From Candidatus Methanomethylophilaceae archaeon (GTDB lineage: Archaea > Thermoplasmatota > Thermoplasmata > Methanomassiliicoccales > Methanomethylophilaceae): a stretch of DNA of 64,000 nucleotides. Under the pieces are notes generated by a model. The model was not told the origin of the DNA. It did no database searches and worked only from the letters and a program-made list of their open reading frames with translations. Of the stretch, positions 40,462 to 50,518 are shown in pieces. Each line of letters begins with the position of its first letter. Position 1 is the stretch's first letter. Made by a program: the position numbers and the translations under genes. The DNA lies in NCBI GenBank assembly GCA_050950505.1, contig JBMNHS010000001.1:800001-864000 (forward strand), in the 5' to 3' direction.

Positions 40462-41658
40462 ATGAACAAGCTCTTTGCGGCCGATGAAAAGGATATCCGC
40501 GAAGGATACACAAAGGATGTTTACTTCGAACATACCAAACAGATTCTGGAAGCAAAGGGTCTTGAAGACCTTGAAGTCAGCATGGAGTTCACCAGCGGCT
40601 CCCTTCCCTGCGGATGGGAATGGGGGGTGTTCTGCGGTCTCGAAGAAGTATTGAGGCTGATGGAAGGGATGAAGGTGTCCATATACGCCGTTCCTGAAGG
40701 GACGGTTTTCCGTTCCAGAACTTCTGCCAGTGTAAGGTCTCCGGTTATGAATTTCCAGGGAAAATACATGGACTTCGGTGTGATGGAAACAGCGATTCTC
40801 GGAATGATTTGCCAGCCCACGGGAGTGGCCACCAAGGCCGCCAGAATGAAGCTGGCGGCAAAAGGGAAGCCCGTGATAGCGTTCGGAAACCGCAGAATGC
40901 ATCCCGCGATTTCGGGAGTGCTGGACCGCTCCGCTTACGTGGGAGGCTGCGATGACGTGTCCTCACAGGCCGGAGGGGATCTGATCGGAAAGAAACCCCT
41001 GGGCACCACACCTCACGTTCTCCCGTTGATGATGGGCAGCAACGATGTCGCGTTCAGAGCTTTTGACGAGTACATCGACCCGTCGGTTCCCCGCATTATG
41101 CTGATAGATACGTTCTCCGATGAGAGAACGGCGGCGGTGGAAGCCTGCAAGACTGTAAAAAATCTGGTCGGTGTAAGACTGGACACTCCCGGATCCCGGA
41201 GAGGAAACTTCAAAGAACTCATAGATGAAGTGCGCTGGGAGATGGACATGAACGGTTTTGAACATGTGAAAATCATAGTATCCGGAGGGTTGGACGAAAA
41301 TACCGTCGCGGCCCTTGCGGATACCTGTGTTTCGAGTTTCGGGGTGGGAACTTCGATTTCCAACGCTCCGACTTTGGATTTCTCCATGGATCTGGTCGAA
41401 AAGAACGGAGTTCCCATGGCGAAAAGAGGAAAGTTCGCCGGAAGGAAATATCCTTACAGATGTCCGGACTGTTTCACCATGGGAGTTTCTCTGCAACCCG
41501 ATATGAAAATAATCTGCGAATGCGGACGGGAAATGGAAATGATTGAAAAACAGGTCATGAAAGACGGCAGGAGAACCGCCCCCGAAGTCAAGCCCTCGGA
41601 GATACGGGACTACGTCATCAGACAGTTGGAAACCCTTGAAAAAAACGGGGATTTCTGA
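40462..41658 (+). CDS. pncB: Nicotinate phosphoribosyltransferase
   Basis: DVYF, FGNRR, GTTPH, IDTF, VRLDT, SGGL, FGVGT. Confidence 0.92.
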   Translation: MNKLFAADEKDIREGYTKDVYFEHTKQILEAKGLEDLEVSMEFTSGSLPCGWEWGVFCGLEEVLRLMEGMKVSIYAVPEGTVFRSRTSASVRSPVMNFQGKYMDFGVMETAILGMICQPTGVATKAARMKLAAKGKPVIAFGNRRMHPAISGVLDRSAYVGGCDDVSSQAGGDLIGKKPLGTTPHVLPLMMGSNDVAFRAFDEYIDPSVPRIMLIDTFSDERTAAVEACKTVKNLVGVRLDTPGSRRGNFKELIDEVRWEMDMNGFEHVKIIVSGGLDENTVAALADTCVSSFGVGTSISNAPTLDFSMDLVEKNGVPMAKRGKFAGRKYPYRCPDCFTMGVSLQPDMKIICECGREMEMIEKQVMKDGRRTAPEVKPSEIRDYVIRQLETLEKNGDF

Positions 41659-41782
41659 ATCCGTTCAGCGGGCGGATGTCGATTCGGAAACCGGTTATCA
41701 AAGGTAGATATAATAGCCTTTCGGAGCAGTTTATCTATCGTTAAAACACTGATAACAGAAAGCTTATATGTGCCTCGCAGGT

Positions 41783-41804
41783 TGTAATATCCGAGCATAT
41801 TACA
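41783..41804. promoter_or_regulatory. Operator-like palindrome downstream of a TATA box
   Basis: TGTAATAT-CCGAGC-ATATTACA, about 14 nt after GAAAGCTTATAT. Confidence 0.55.
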
Positions 41805-41938
41805 GGTCTCCGTTGATGGGTTTGGAAGCCTGCGAGCTCTATCATGGGGGAAGTAAGATAGAGGTTACAATCAGTCTAAACGGACGCTGTTTCAAAAACA
41901 CTCTGGATACGACGCTGGGCAGATTATCGAACGATTGC

Positions 41939-42118
41939 ATGATGAACGTGTATTGCGAATGCGGAAGGCTGGTTTGGCTGGATCGCACCGCAATGAATCT
42001 CAAACTCAGCATGGGCAAGCCCCTTGAATGCTCCCGATGCAGAAACAAACGGATCTCGGAAGAGATTGAACTTCTTGACAGACATTTCAACGGTGAAGAC
42101 ATATTCGCCGATGAATGA
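41939..42118 (+). CDS. Small Zn-ribbon protein
   Basis: MMNVYCECG...LECSRCRN; acidic tail. Confidence 0.6.
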   Translation: MMNVYCECGRLVWLDRTAMNLKLSMGKPLECSRCRNKRISEEIELLDRHFNGEDIFADE

Positions 42119-42209
42119 ATTTTACGGCGGCTTCCGCTGTTTTAACAATAATATAAAGAAAAATTGTTTGTGACGGACTTCCGTCATTCCCTTCGGTTTT
42201 TCCGAACTT

Positions 42210-44513
42210 TCATTCTTCCGCTTCAGCCTTTTCTTCGGCCTTTTTCTCCGCGGCGGCTTTCTTTCGGTTCTTCGGTTTGTCCGGACATTCGGGATTGATG
42301 CATTCTTCCGATTTGCCGAAAACGATGACGGGTGCGGAACAATGTTCGCACCTGTTGCCGGTGGGCGTCACGACGCCCCTCGGCCTCAGAGGATAAGTCT
42401 GCGTGCAATCCGGCCATTCCGTGCATCCCGCAAAGCGTCTTCCGGCTTTGGAGTACATGAGGCGGATGGTTCCCTTGGCGCAGGTGGGACAATCCCCCAG
42501 GAACGTGCGCTCGGTGTTGGATTCACATTTGGGATCCACGCACTGCATCAAAGGAAGGTTTCCTTTCCTGATGACTCTGAGCATCGGAAGTCCGCACTTT
42601 TCGCACACTTCTTCGGTGGGCTGATTGAGCGAACCTCTCGGCAGCGGGAACGCATTGGTGCATTCCGGATACCCTTCGCATCCGATGAAGTTTCCGTTTT
42701 TGGATCTTTTGATTGTCAGTTCGTTTCCGCACTTTGTGCATTTTCCTATGAACTGATGGGATCTCATCGCCGTGCGTATTTCATCGCCGATGGCTTTGTC
42801 GTTGGACGCAATCTTCGAAGAAACCTTGAACAGCATGTCCTGGGATTCGGAAACAACCTCTTCCAGTGTCGTTTCTCCGTCACTGATTTTCTGCATGTCT
42901 TCCTCCAGACGGGAAGTCATGTCGGGTTCGGTGATTCCTCCCCCGTATTTTTCCAAAGACTTGGTAAGAGCCACACCTCCCGCGGTGGGAATCATGCGGT
43001 TGCCCTGAATGTAGTTCCTCGAATACAATTTGGAAATGATATCGTGTCTCGTACTCTTGGTTCCCAGCTGAAGGCGGTCCATCTCCTGAATGAGCGAACC
43101 CTGGTTGTATCTGTACGGCGGTTTAGTTTCCGATTCCTCCATGGAAATGGATCTTACGTCCACAACCTCCCCGATTTCCATCCTGGGGACGGTGGAAGCT
43201 TTGGACTTCAGATATTTGCCGTAATATTCTTTCCAACCCTTGAACAGTTGTTTGTACCCCTCGCATTTGAATTCTTCGCCGCCCATATCAATGATGCATT
43301 CGGTGATTTCCGCTTTGGCGACCGGGGCCACAGTGGCAAGGAACCGTCTGACGATCAATTCGTAAAGTTTCCACTTGTCCCCTTTCATTTTGCCTGAGGT
43401 TGCCGCGGCAGTGGGATAAATCGGAGGGTGATCGGTGGTGCGTCTTTTCCCTCTTGAGGGGAGAATCTTTTCCTGTTTCAGAATCTCTTCGACTTCTCCT
43501 TTGAAGTCCGATGCTTTGAGTTTCTCAAGCACGGTGCGCAGATTCACGCTTTTGGGATATTCCGTGTTTTCGGTACGTGGATATGAAATGTATCCGCTGA
43601 TGTACAGCTCTTCCGCCAATTTCATGGCGGCGGTGGGAGGGATGCCTATTTTATTGGCTTCCACCTGCATCTGGGTCGTATCGAAGGGCGGAGGTCTGTA
43701 TTCTTCTTTTTCAGTGACTTCGAAGGAAGTCACCTTGCCCGTCTTCATATCTTTGATTTTGGATTCGACGGCCTCGGCTTCTTCTTTTTCCCAGAAGGGA
43801 TTTTTGACATGATTGCCCTGGAATGCAAGCAATCCGAATCTGGCGTTCACGTTCCAGAATGGAACCGGAACGAAGCTTTCGACTTCTTCGTTCTTGTCAA
43901 CAAGCAGTTTCAGAGTGGGGCTCTGAACCCTTCCGACGGAAAGGAAGTTTTTGCCCACCTGTCCGGAAGCCAGGGATATCTGTCTCGTCAGAACGGCACC
44001 CCAGGACAGATCGATTATCTGTCTCGCCTCGGCGGCGTTGGACAGACGTTTGTCCGGAAGTTCAAGATTGCTGAACGCGTTCTCCACCTCCGCTTTGGTA
44101 AGTGCGCTGAATTTTGCGCGTTTTACTTTGGAAATGTCCACTCCGGCAGCCTCTACGGTTTCCATGCCGATGAGCTCTCCTTCCCGGTCGTAGTCTGTTG
44201 CGATTATGACTTCGTCCGCCCCCAAGGCCAAATCTTTGATGTTGTTCAGAATGGATTTTACCTTGACGTTTTTCACCTGAGGCGCATACACGAGTTCGGT
44301 GGGCGGACTGGCGGACCAATCATTGTATTCTTTGGGATAGTCCAATTCAAGTATGTGGCCGCGGAGACTGATCACATCGTAATTGGATCCGTCCGCCACG
44401 AATGAAATCACCGAGGCCCCGCCTAATTTTCTGGTACTGGATTTCCCGTCGGAAAGTATTGTGGAAATCCTCCGGGCGGCATTGGCCTTTTCTGTGATAA
44501 TCAGTTTATTCAT
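42210..44513 (-). CDS. topA: DNA topoisomerase IA
   Basis: IITEK, ATDYDREGE, SVGRVQSP, ISYPRT, LGTKSTR, C-terminal Zn ribbons. Confidence 0.97.
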   Translation of the reverse strand: MNKLIITEKANAARRISTILSDGKSSTRKLGGASVISFVADGSNYDVISLRGHILELDYPKEYNDWSASPPTELVYAPQVKNVKVKSILNNIKDLALGADEVIIATDYDREGELIGMETVEAAGVDISKVKRAKFSALTKAEVENAFSNLELPDKRLSNAAEARQIIDLSWGAVLTRQISLASGQVGKNFLSVGRVQSPTLKLLVDKNEEVESFVPVPFWNVNARFGLLAFQGNHVKNPFWEKEEAEAVESKIKDMKTGKVTSFEVTEKEEYRPPPFDTTQMQVEANKIGIPPTAAMKLAEELYISGYISYPRTENTEYPKSVNLRTVLEKLKASDFKGEVEEILKQEKILPSRGKRRTTDHPPIYPTAAATSGKMKGDKWKLYELIVRRFLATVAPVAKAEITECIIDMGGEEFKCEGYKQLFKGWKEYYGKYLKSKASTVPRMEIGEVVDVRSISMEESETKPPYRYNQGSLIQEMDRLQLGTKSTRHDIISKLYSRNYIQGNRMIPTAGGVALTKSLEKYGGGITEPDMTSRLEEDMQKISDGETTLEEVVSESQDMLFKVSSKIASNDKAIGDEIRTAMRSHQFIGKCTKCGNELTIKRSKNGNFIGCEGYPECTNAFPLPRGSLNQPTEEVCEKCGLPMLRVIRKGNLPLMQCVDPKCESNTERTFLGDCPTCAKGTIRLMYSKAGRRFAGCTEWPDCTQTYPLRPRGVVTPTGNRCEHCSAPVIVFGKSEECINPECPDKPKNRKKAAAEKKAEEKAEAEE

Positions 44514-44615
44514 CGTGCCACTCACATTCAAGGCATTATTTAACAATTAGTGAAATCCCCATATTGCCGAAAGGGAACATAATTAAGTCTGCAATGGCTC
44601 ATTGGATACCGTACC

Positions 44616-45155
44616 ATGACTCCCGAAGAAGTTGCGGAGATTCTCCGAAGACACAACGGTGTGGTGAGGGTCGAAGTTCCCGATGCTGATTTCCTCCGTA
44701 TATTGAAAGAAGACGACATGTGCGTGGACACTTCCTTCGGAATGCCCATAGAAAACAAAGCCATGGAAGACTGTCTTTCCTGCGATTTCGTGTTATGCGT
44801 TTATGTCAATCTTTCTTTCGAAAAACCCGAAAACACGATAATGATGATGCGGGATTCCAAAGGAAATGTTTTCGGACACAGCATACCCGATTCTCAGATT
44901 GAGAGTTACAACGGAAGAGAAGACATCATCTGGCTGTCTTACGATTTCGTGCTTTATCCCGCCGTGGAAGCCGGCGAGGATATGATTCTCGTAATGTTGC
45001 CTCAGGAATACCGCGGCTTTTCGGAACAGGACGGAATTTCGGAAGCCTTGGTGTTTTACCCCGCGGTGACCACCGATTGTATAATCAAAGAAAAATACGG
45101 GGATCCCGGAGATCCGAGCGTGGCGACCCTGCTCATGGGCATAAAAACAGGATGA
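44616..45155 (+). CDS. Hypothetical protein; paralogue of 63173-63763
   Basis: Shared GMP..N.A...CL, IWL..DFVL, FYP...TD. Confidence 0.75.
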   Translation: MTPEEVAEILRRHNGVVRVEVPDADFLRILKEDDMCVDTSFGMPIENKAMEDCLSCDFVLCVYVNLSFEKPENTIMMMRDSKGNVFGHSIPDSQIESYNGREDIIWLSYDFVLYPAVEAGEDMILVMLPQEYRGFSEQDGISEALVFYPAVTTDCIIKEKYGDPGDPSVATLLMGIKTG

Positions 45156-45156
45156 A

Positions 45157-45597
45157 TCAGTTCCTGGTGCCCACGTGGTGCATGTTCCCGGACTTCGGAG
45201 AAACCATGGTAAGCCTTCCCCTGAGAACCCCTTTTATCGAAGTTATCTCGGAAGCGAGATCTTTGAGGGAACCCAGTTTTCCTTCCACAATCAGAATCTC
45301 CATGCACCTGTCATGATCCAAATGAACATGGATGGTGGTGTTGATGTGGCCGATGTGGTCGTGCTGAAGTTCCGTCAGCCTCTCCCCGACGTTGGAGGTG
45401 CTGTGGTCATAAACCATCACGATGACGCCGGTCATGTATTCGTCATCGTTCTTCCACTCGCTTTCGGCAAGGGAATCACGGACGAGATCTCTTATTGCCT
45501 CGGATCTGCTGACATATCCTTTTTTGGATATGGAAGCGTCAAACTCTTTCAGAAGTTCGGGTTCGAGCGAAACGCCTATGCGTGTGACTCCGTCCAT
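45157..45597 (-). CDS. nikR: Nickel-responsive regulator
   Basis: RIGVSL, SRSEAIRD, YDH, HVHLDHDRC. Confidence 0.95.
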   Translation of the reverse strand: MDGVTRIGVSLEPELLKEFDASISKKGYVSRSEAIRDLVRDSLAESEWKNDDEYMTGVIVMVYDHSTSNVGERLTELQHDHIGHINTTIHVHLDHDRCMEILIVEGKLGSLKDLASEITSIKGVLRGRLTMVSPKSGNMHHVGTRN

Positions 45598-45709
45598 GAT
45601 ATACCGAACAATCATTTCAGTATTAAACCTGTCGGAGTTCTTGTGCACTGAGCGCATATCAAAATCCGTGAAGAGTTTAATTACAACACTCCGTATCCGG
45701 AATGTGGCA

Positions 45710-46513
45710 ATGAGATCGGACACCATTCGTTCGTTGTTATCCTCGGCGGTTGAGAGAGCCGTCGGAGGAAAAGATGCGGCGGTATCCTTTTCCGGCGGAA
45801 TAGACTCGGGAATCCTTGGGGCGATGGCATCGGAACACGGGAGGGAAGTCTGCCTTTACACCGTCGGAACCGAGAATTCCCACGATGTGTCGAAAGCCCG
45901 TGAAGCCTCTCGGTTTTTGAATACGGAACCGGAGTTCATATTTCTCACCGAAGACAACATAGAAAACCTGCTGAAAGATATGATACGTATTTCGGGCACC
46001 ACGGATCCGTTGACTCTTTCTTTTGAAATTCCCACCTTCGCGGTAACCCGCAGTTGCAAAGAATCCCATATTCTGGGAGGGATAGGGGCCGATGAACTTT
46101 TCGGAGGGTACCACAGGTATATCGGAATGTCCCGGGACAGGTTCGGGGAGGTCCGCGGGAAAGATTTGGAAAGACTGCTCAATTTCGTCATACCTCACGA
46201 AGACAGGGTCGGAAACCATTTCGGCAAAACCCTTCACCGCCCGTACGTCGATGAAAATCTTTTGGAATACATGTTATCCGTTCCATATGACGAAATCCTT
46301 CCGTCGGAAAGCCGTCCCAGAAAAGCATTGTTGAGGGAAGTGGCCGAAAAGATGAATCTGGAACCATTGTCAATGACGGAAAAAAAGGCTGCGCAGTACG
46401 GTTCGGGCGCAATGAATCTGATCAGGAAAATCGCCAAAAAAGAACGCCTGACCGCAAACGGATACATATCCTCCCTTTCCGGCAACGGGACTGATAATAT
46501 ATTCATTGAATAA
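45710..46513 (+). CDS. Asparagine synthase C-terminal (PP-loop) domain-only protein
   Basis: FSGGIDS, GADELFGGY, KALLREVA, KKAAQYGSG; no glutaminase domain. Confidence 0.85.
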   Translation: MRSDTIRSLLSSAVERAVGGKDAAVSFSGGIDSGILGAMASEHGREVCLYTVGTENSHDVSKAREASRFLNTEPEFIFLTEDNIENLLKDMIRISGTTDPLTLSFEIPTFAVTRSCKESHILGGIGADELFGGYHRYIGMSRDRFGEVRGKDLERLLNFVIPHEDRVGNHFGKTLHRPYVDENLLEYMLSVPYDEILPSESRPRKALLREVAEKMNLEPLSMTEKKAAQYGSGAMNLIRKIAKKERLTANGYISSLSGNGTDNIFIE

Positions 46514-46522
46514 TACCGCGGT

Positions 46523-47794
46523 GTGAACAAACCGGAAACGAAAGAAGATTTTCTCCGTTGGCTGTACGGACTCACTTCCCGCGGCATCAAATTGGGTTTG
46601 GACAACGTGACCGAACTTTTGGAACGTATGGGCAATCCCCAGAATTCTTTCAAAAGCGTGCATGTGGGAGGAACCGACGGCAAGGGATCCGTATGCGCAA
46701 TCGTATATTCCATACTCAGGGAAAGCGGAGTTTCCGCGGGACTGTTTACCTCCCCCCACATACTGGAGTTCAATGAGCGGATATCCGTGGACGGCGAACC
46801 CATATCCGACGGGGAACTGGCGGATATTGCGGCTCAGACCGTCCCTCACGTGAAAGAAATGTCCGAAGAGGGCAGATACTGTACTTTTTTTGAAGTTACG
46901 ACCGCGATCGCTTTTCAACATTTCAAAAACAAAGGCGTCGAATACGCGGTGGCCGAGGTGGGAATGGGGGGACGGTTGGATTCCACCAACGTTCTGATCC
47001 CGGAAGTCTGCGTCATCGGGAACGTCAGCATCGAACACACGAATTTTCTCGGAGACACCAAGGAAAAAATCGCTTATGAAAAAGCCGGGATAATAAAACC
47101 CGGTGTTCCTTGCGTCACAATCAACGGGGATGACGTTTACGGGATAATCCGCAAAACCGCCGAAGAAAAAGGTTCTCCCCTGATAAGAATAAATCCCCTG
47201 GACATAGATTCGGTGAGCCTCGACGGAGAAGGCACGAATTTCAGGTACAAGGAAGAAGAATACCGCGTCTCGATCCCGGGAAGCTGTCAGGCCAAAAACG
47301 CATCTTTGGCAATCGAAGCCGTATCGATGTTGAGCATATACGGTCAGAAATGCAGATGCAACATCCGCAAAGGATTGAAAAACGTGAATTGGCCCTGCAG
47401 ACTTCAAAGAATTTCGGGCACGCCCTTTATAATGGACGTCACGCACACGGCGGAAGGTTCGGCTCGGACTGCCGAAGACATCAGGAACATTTACGGCAAA
47501 GTAACGGTGGTGTTCGGAGTCCTCCGGGACAAAAACATCCGCGGCATAGCCGAAAACATTTCCGCAATAACGGAACGGATGATAGTCACGGCCCCCGAAA
47601 CCGAAAGAGCCTCTTCCCCGGAAGAAACGGCCGAAAAGATTTCCGAATTTTTCGAAAGCGTGATTGTTGCGGACAATGTGAACGAAGCCATGGAAAAGGC
47701 CGTTGAATTATCCGGCGACGGATTGATATTGGTGACGGGGTCTTTCTATACTGCGGGAGATGCGATGAAATGGGTAAAAAAGACATATCTTTGA
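46523..47794 (+). CDS. folC: Folylpolyglutamate/dihydrofolate synthase
   Basis: HVGGTDGKGS, FTSPH, TFFE, EVGMGGRLDSTN, EKAGIIK, VTGSFY. Confidence 0.93.
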   Translation: MNKPETKEDFLRWLYGLTSRGIKLGLDNVTELLERMGNPQNSFKSVHVGGTDGKGSVCAIVYSILRESGVSAGLFTSPHILEFNERISVDGEPISDGELADIAAQTVPHVKEMSEEGRYCTFFEVTTAIAFQHFKNKGVEYAVAEVGMGGRLDSTNVLIPEVCVIGNVSIEHTNFLGDTKEKIAYEKAGIIKPGVPCVTINGDDVYGIIRKTAEEKGSPLIRINPLDIDSVSLDGEGTNFRYKEEEYRVSIPGSCQAKNASLAIEAVSMLSIYGQKCRCNIRKGLKNVNWPCRLQRISGTPFIMDVTHTAEGSARTAEDIRNIYGKVTVVFGVLRDKNIRGIAENISAITERMIVTAPETERASSPEETAEKISEFFESVIVADNVNEAMEKAVELSGDGLILVTGSFYTAGDAMKWVKKTYL

Positions 47795-48432
47795 TTCTTG
47801 ACGGATTGTCCGAGAGATACCGTGACGATGCCGCATATCCGGGAAGGTCTTCCGAGGGACTGAGTCCCGAGTGGCCCTTCGATCCTTTCCACGTACTGAT
47901 ATCCACGATACTGTCCCAGAGGACCAAAGACGACAACACGCGCAAAGCTTCCGACCGACTGTTTGCGATGTATGACACAATGGAAGAAATCGCGGACGCG
48001 GACGTTGAAACGGTTGCGGAGCTTGTCCGCCCCGCGGGATTCCCGAATCAGAAGGCAAAGGCAATCATCGAAACCTGCAACATACTGTTGAAAGAATATG
48101 ACGGCAAAGTTCCCTGCGAGACCGAAGAACTTCTGAAACTGCCGATGGTCGGAAGAAAAACCGCCGCCTGCGTCAGAGCTTACGCGATGAAGATTCCTTC
48201 CGTATGTGTCGATACCCACGTTCACAGGATAACAAACCTGATGGGTCTGGTGGACACCGACACTCCCGAGAAAACCGAAGAGGCGCTGATGCGCATCACC
48301 CCGAAGGACAGATGGATGGACATAAATCGTTTCTTCGTCAGGCACGGTCAGATAGTCTGCAGGCCCAACCGCCCGGACTGCGGAAACTGCGTGGTCGCCG
48401 ACATGTGCGACTCCCGAAAACCGGTCGGATGA
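47770..48432 (+). CDS. nth: Endonuclease III
   Basis: ILSQRT, HhH LPMVGRKTA, VDTHV, C-x6-C-x2-C-x5-C. Confidence 0.95.
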   Translation: MGKKDISLILDGLSERYRDDAAYPGRSSEGLSPEWPFDPFHVLISTILSQRTKDDNTRKASDRLFAMYDTMEEIADADVETVAELVRPAGFPNQKAKAIIETCNILLKEYDGKVPCETEELLKLPMVGRKTAACVRAYAMKIPSVCVDTHVHRITNLMGLVDTDTPEKTEEALMRITPKDRWMDINRFFVRHGQIVCRPNRPDCGNCVVADMCDSRKPVG

Positions 48433-48463
48433 TTTTTAATGAATAATCTACATACGGCGGAAT

Positions 48464-48844
48464 GTGCACGAAGTTTCTGTGATATCGGGTATCGTCAAAG
48501 CCGTTTTGGAAGAACTTGAAAATTACAACGTCGCAAGCGTTTCTTCTGTAGATATTCTGATAGGCGAAATGACACTGTTGGGCGAGGAACAGCTTACCTT
48601 TGCATATGAAATAGTGACAAGAGACACGCTGCTGGAAGGATCGAAACTGAACATCGAACACGAATCCATAGGCGTTTCATGCGAAGCCTGCGGATACGAA
48701 GGTCCGATAAAAATGCTCGAATCCGGCGATTACACTTCTCACAAAATACCCGTAATGTCCTGTCCCGAATGCGGAGGCCACGTAACCGTGACCAAAGGAC
48801 AGTCCTGTTGCGTCACTTCCGTGGACATCGAAGAGGTGGATTGA
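48464..48844 (+). CDS. hypA: Hydrogenase maturation Ni chaperone
   Basis: MHE (GTG start), CEAC, CPECG. Confidence 0.93.
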   Translation: MHEVSVISGIVKAVLEELENYNVASVSSVDILIGEMTLLGEEQLTFAYEIVTRDTLLEGSKLNIEHESIGVSCEACGYEGPIKMLESGDYTSHKIPVMSCPECGGHVTVTKGQSCCVTSVDIEEVD

Positions 48845-49924
48845 TTGTACAAATACAGAGACGAGGCAACCGCAAAAAGAATACTCAAAGGGATAAAGAA
48901 CCGCGGCGTGGACCTCAAGATAATGCACATCTGCGGAACCCATCAGGATACCATAGTACGTTACGGACTTGAGGAAATGCTTGCGGACGCCGGCATCAGA
49001 ATCCAACAGGGTCCCGGATGTCCCGTGTGCGTCACCACAACCAAAGAATTGGCGGAGGTAATCACTTTGGCCAGGAACGGAGTGACCGTCACGGCTTTCG
49101 GGGACCTGATGAGGGTTCCGACGCCTATCGGTTCCCTTTTTGACGCCAAGACCGACGGTGCGGACGTGCGCATAGTTTATTCCATAGAGGACGCGGTCTC
49201 CATGTCCCGCGACACGGACAAAGACGTGGTGTTCGTCGGCGTGGGTTTCGAAACCACGGCGCCTTCCACCTGCGTCCCCCTCAACCGTGACGACGTTCCC
49301 GAAAACTTTTCGGTTTACAGCTGTCACAGAATCTGCCCGCCGATAATCCAGGCATTGCTGGATATGGGCGAGAACACCATTGACGGGTTCATAATGCCCG
49401 GTCACGTGGCCGTGATCACGGGCACTGAAATTTTCAAGCCCTTTGCGGAGAAGTACAACCTTCCTCAGGTCGTGGCGGGATTCGAACCGCTGGATGTCCT
49501 GATGTCCTGCTATCTGCTTGCCAAACAGATATCCGAAGGACGGGCGGAAGTCGAAAACGAATATACCAGACTCGTGAAGGACAAAGGGAATCTCAAAGCC
49601 CTCGGGCTGATGGACCGTACTTTCAATCCTGTTGACAGTACCTGGAGAGGGTTCCCCGTCATTGAAAAAAGCAGACTGGCTCTTAAACCGGCCTATGCCG
49701 AGCACGACGCGACCAAAGTCCATGAAGACATAATCGCTCTTGCTCCCGAAGTGGAGGAAGAAGCGAAGGGTTGCAGATGCGGCGAAGTGCTGAGGGGACT
49801 GATCAAGTCCCACGAATGTCCGATGTTCGGCAGGTCCTGCAAACCCAGTTCCCCCGGAGGGCCCTGTATGGTCTCCGCCGAGGGCAGTTGCAACATAGCT
49901 TACAGATATTCGGACAAGAGGTGA
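48845..49924 (+). CDS. hypD: Hydrogenase maturation factor HypD
   Basis: CGTH, GPGCPVC, GFETT, PGHV, GPCMVS.EG.C. Confidence 0.96.
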   Translation: MYKYRDEATAKRILKGIKNRGVDLKIMHICGTHQDTIVRYGLEEMLADAGIRIQQGPGCPVCVTTTKELAEVITLARNGVTVTAFGDLMRVPTPIGSLFDAKTDGADVRIVYSIEDAVSMSRDTDKDVVFVGVGFETTAPSTCVPLNRDDVPENFSVYSCHRICPPIIQALLDMGENTIDGFIMPGHVAVITGTEIFKPFAEKYNLPQVVAGFEPLDVLMSCYLLAKQISEGRAEVENEYTRLVKDKGNLKALGLMDRTFNPVDSTWRGFPVIEKSRLALKPAYAEHDATKVHEDIIALAPEVEEEAKGCRCGEVLRGLIKSHECPMFGRSCKPSSPGGPCMVSAEGSCNIAYRYSDKR

Positions 49925-49930
49925 ATCGAA

Positions 49931-50518
49931 GTGAATCAAGCAAAACCTGAAGTAGTACCCATAGCCGCACCCCCGACGGGCAAAAAGAACATACTGATTG
50001 TAACCAACGATTCGGAAGTCACGACTTCCAACAAACTGGAATCCGCCGGCGAACTTTACGGAGGCCGTGTGACGGAGATACGGGAATTCGTGAAGAGTCT
50101 GGAAAGTGAATTCGGCGAAGAGGGTGAAGATACCATGAACGTGTCCTTCGGACTCATAACCACATTCTTCGGATTCGTTCCCAGCAACTATTCCATATCC
50201 AAATACAAGTACGTGATGGGCAACAAGGAAGAGTACCAGATCACTCAGAACGAACGGGATTACGCCGGCAGACTGGAATATGTTTCCAGAGGTTTCGACA
50301 AAGTCATTCTCTGTGTCCCCAAAGAAATGTTCAGGATTCTGGTTGACAACGATGCTTTGCACAAAGGAAAAATCATAGCTGTGACTTCCAAAGAATTCAG
50401 AGGGCTCTGCGAAGAGAACGACTGGATTTTCCTTGAAAGAAAAGGAGCCAGACTCGGAAAGAAGAACGCTGCGAAAATCAAAGACTATCTCAGGGATTTC
50501 GCCGAAGATAAATCTTGA
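49931..50518 (+). CDS. Hypothetical protein, possibly DUF6884/YaaA-like
   Basis: SAGELYGG and LITTFFGFVP...ISKY echo that family's pattern; RBS GAGGTGA. Confidence 0.55.
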   Translation: MNQAKPEVVPIAAPPTGKKNILIVTNDSEVTTSNKLESAGELYGGRVTEIREFVKSLESEFGEEGEDTMNVSFGLITTFFGFVPSNYSISKYKYVMGNKEEYQITQNERDYAGRLEYVSRGFDKVILCVPKEMFRILVDNDALHKGKIIAVTSKEFRGLCEENDWIFLERKGARLGKKNAAKIKDYLRDFAEDKS

